Shown here: piece after piece, positions 36,673 through 39,982 of the stretch
Position numbering within the stretch: position 1 is the stretch's first letter
How the letters are laid out: every line of letters starts with the position of its first letter
Assembly: GCA_001642005.1 (NCBI GenBank)
Contig: LWCA01000208.1
Coordinates: 1-39,982 of the forward strand
Reading direction: 5' to 3'
Source of the DNA: Intoshia linei
Taxonomy: Eukaryota; Animalia; Orthonectida
DNA: 39,982 nucleotides
Program-made: the position numbers and the translations under genes
The notes under the pieces: generated by a model
Told to the model about the DNA's origin: nothing
The model's input: the letters and a program-made list of their open reading frames with translations, nothing else
The model's database searches: none

Positions 36673-37635
36673 TTAAAAATATTATTTTAAATATAAAAAT
36701 TTTTATACAAATAGCTATAAAGATGTGCAAAATCATCATCTAGCGAATCATGAACGTCGAATTGATAAAAAAACCGATTCCAATGAGAAAACTGAATAAA
36801 TATAAAAAAATATAAATTGAAAATTAATTGTAATGAAAATAATTATTACTATGAAATTTTATATACAAAATAAATTAAATTTTGCTTATTATTTATATTT
36901 TGAAGTGCTTTGCCCTAGAGTTTTTTTAATTCTTTTTATATAATTTTTTGATATTGTGTATTATTCAACCCTATTTTCCACGTATGGGGTGGCACTTTGT
37001 ATTTTTTCAAAAAAGTGAAAAAATTTACACCTTTAGTACACACTGTACATTCCAATAAAAAATTTTTATATTTTCAAGCATTTATTTATAATAATATGTG
37101 TTTACACAAGAATAATATAAATCTGGTACAAATGGATGAAAAATTAGTCTAATTACAAGACGCGTAAAATAGATTAACATTTAAAGTTGTTTTGAATATC
37201 TAATCTATATATAATTATATATTATAATATATGGACTATTAAGTTTCTTTTATGAAAGTGTAAAGTAACTGTGCTACTGTAAACACTATAAGGATAAGTC
37301 ATAATTTATGACTCAAATTCTAATTTAATTAATTAATGTACAATGTTCCTTGTTGTCAGTTGTGGTATTTTTAATTTAAAGTAAGATAATTAATCAATTT
37401 AGTACCCACCCTACTTGTTGGTCTTTTTACAACAAAAAAAATTATAGACAAGAAAAAATACAAAGTGAACAAACTTCAAAGTTTACAGTAAATAAACAGT
37501 CTATTTTAACAACCACTAATCTTGAAATTGAAGTAAATAATAAACCACGTCCCTTTCTGATCATGAACAAGTTACTTTTAATTCATTATAATGATTTATA
37601 TCAATATATAATATATTGATACATGACGTATAGAT

Positions 37636-38054
37636 CAGGATGGTCAAAATACTGTTCGCGGCTCGGTTTCGCCATTGTGATAATTTTTTTTAATTATACT
37701 TTAAAATTGTTTTAGGACGTGTAAAAATAATAACATGACACATTATCTTTTGTAACTTTATACGGGCATTTTTATAACTATGACCCAAAAAAATGCCAAA
37801 TTTCACTAATGTGGTTAAGTCAATATTTGGATTTTTTTAGTCAAATTTCATAGTTATTAGTGTTTCAATTTTAGCGAATTTTTTTTCAATACAGTTAATT
37901 AAATTGTTCGAAATTAAATCAAAAGCAGGCCAATTTTGTATTAATCTATAAAAAGAAAAATTTAATGTAAACAGATGTAATTTTTAATCAGGATTCATGA
38001 ATAATATCAAATTTTAAAAATGTGGCCCTTTAGAAAAATAGTTGACATACCCTG
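37636..38054. mobile_element. Possible hAT-type MITE
   Basis: CAGGATGGTCAA and TTGACATACCCTG form imperfect TIRs. The 8-bp flanks GTATAGAT and GACTAGGA both have a central TA but are not identical. Confidence 0.4.
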
Positions 38055-38124
38055 GACTAGGAACATCAATTACCCGACATTTTTTGTTGTTTCTCTCCAG
38101 GGTTTTAGACTTTATTTTGTGAAC

Positions 38125-39110
38125 AAAATTTTTTATTTTTATAATTTTTAATTCAGTATTTGAGATGACAAATTGCGTAGCAATGAAAAAAAATCCGAAG
38201 GAATCAATTATATAGATTTCCACCCATATTTTTTAATAGGAAATGTGTAAACATTCAATGTACATTTCTTTTAAAATGTAGGATAATTATTTAATTTTTT
38301 ATTTTTAATCCAACATTTAAAAAATATTGGTTAATATATTAAAAATTTTTTTTCATAAGAGATTTCTTTGAATGCGTAGATTTCTGAGGTTAAAATTTTG
38401 TATTTATATCAACTGGAATAAACTGTATCAGAATAATTTTTTTTTTAATTGTACGATCCTTTTGTTGTTTTATAATAAAATAACATAGTTTTAATAATTT
38501 TAATAAAATAATTTTGAATTAATAAAAAATAAATATTAAAGTAATTTTTTGACCATGTAGGCGTCACTTAATCAGATTGAAATTTTTTTTGTGTGTTAAC
38601 TGGATATAACTGGATCATATATACTTTTTTTTTAAATGCTAGAGCTGTTTTTATTTTTATTAAAAAAGGGTAATCTTGCTTTTTTACCGTGAAAATTGTT
38701 TTTTTTGAGGATACCATTTATGATAATGCTTATGAATTTAAAAACTATCCCAGAATTTATGTTGTATAAAATTCTAAGACTTTTTCATTATTATTATTAA
38801 AATTTCATCATTATCAAAAAAAGGTAATTTTGGGTTTTGGACGTGAACATACTAGATTTTGAATTTGAAAATTATCATAATATTGATGAATTTAAAACTT
38901 TTTATTAAAATGTGTATTTTTTATAATTCTAGGACGGGTTTGAATTTAAAAACTAAGGACAATTGGGGTTTTTAACTTTAAAGGACTCAATTTCTGAAAT
39001 TGAAATTTGCGATACAACATCACTCTGGAAAAACTGTTATAATAATATGAAATTTGTAAAACTCGGCTCCCCTTACTTTCTTAAATAAACTGGAATGCAT
39101 ACATAAATAT
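38125..39110 (-). mobile_element. Diverged Helitron-like element
   Basis: Colinear with 25190-25960 (AAATTGCGTAGCAATG, GAATGCGTAGATTTC, GTGTGTTAAC). Confidence 0.7.
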
Positions 39111-39153
39111 ATATACATTTTTAACCATTTTACTCTTATAAGTAACGATTTAG

Positions 39154-39522
39154 ATTATTTAATTTTTCAAATCGATTGGATAGTTCAAATCAATTAAACA
39201 ATTTAATAGAACAAGTAAACCTTCAACCTGTCAAACTTAAAATTGATGACAAAGTACATAACACTCCAGTTGTAACACGAGTTAGTCAATATCGAAAGAC
39301 AATCTTTAAAATAAATTTCATCTTGCCAAAATCAATACACAATGAAACAAAATATATTTGGAGGAATGGTTCAAAAAGTACCATGTAATATTTATTAAAA
39401 AAATTCAAATTATAAAATTTCATTTAAGGACCCGTTCCACCGAAAAAAATAAATTTTTATCCAGGCAATTGTTAATGTTACCAACTCACATTGATTCTAG
39501 TCGCAACGAATGCATTAAATAT
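39154..39522 (+). CDS. Possible exons of an unidentified gene
   Basis: A 44-nt GT-AG intron (39385-39428) joins ORF 39176 to ORF 39358 in frame (...NGSKSTM|TRSTEKNKFL...ECIKY). No domain is recognisable. Confidence 0.3.
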
Positions 39523-39982
39523 GTAATTTATCATCATTTTTATGACTACGTGTACCATTGGTACCATGTATTAATAAATTTTAGAAATTACCAAAATTGT
39601 CAAAAAAATATCAAAAAATTGTATAATTTTAATTTTCTTTTATATTAATTGTAATTAATATTAATTATATAGTATTAAAAGATTATATACTAATGTAAAG
39701 TAATTAATTTTATTAGTATTATTAACTGTTATTTTATTAATAAAATTTTTGTTTACATGTTAATTATAATTAATTATTTAATAAAAAAGGACAAAATTAG
39801 ATTAAAGTTGCATTTTCATCTTAAAATGTTGTCTCGACTTGAATCATTATAATTTTGTTCAATATCAATCACCATGAGTTAAATACTTGTATGTCTAGTA
39901 GATATTGTCTACTTTCAGATAAACATTGCGACATTTTCCATTATCCATACATGTTAAGATGACAAGATAAATTGTCTTCTTT

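Noticed and set aside
2979-38223. Short ORFs at 2979, 5793, 5969, 17320, 18115, 19615, 22322, 24807, 29110, 34310 and 38014
   Set aside because: Their F/I/K/L/N/Y-rich composition is expected by chance in AT-rich or repeat DNA.

Overview
This is very AT-rich eukaryotic (animal) DNA, not prokaryotic. It has GT-AG spliceosomal introns, many only 32-49 nt long, and strongly diverged proteins. That pattern fits a compact, fast-evolving invertebrate such as an orthonectid, but the taxon is my inference. Six genes could be reconstructed by hand: a divergent Q50 PRD-class-like homeobox gene (+), nuclear factor I (+), phenylalanyl-tRNA synthetase alpha (-, 10 exons), a divergent RPL12 (+, head-to-head with FARSA), a Pez/PTPN14/21-type FERM phosphatase with a degenerate active site (+), and an intronless SKI3/TTC37-like TPR protein (-). 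Long introns and intergenic DNA contain about 10 copies or fragments of a non-autonomous Helitron-like family. They also hold a piggyBac-type MITE, a 140-bp solo LTR nested in a Helitron copy, hAT remnants and minisatellites. The best leads are the probable Pez pseudophosphatase lacking PPxY motifs, the orphan homeodomain, a back-to-back polyA signal between NFI and FARSA, a small glycine-rich membrane ORF between inverted repeat arms, and several orphan exon-like segments. I found no clearly novel multi-gene system.
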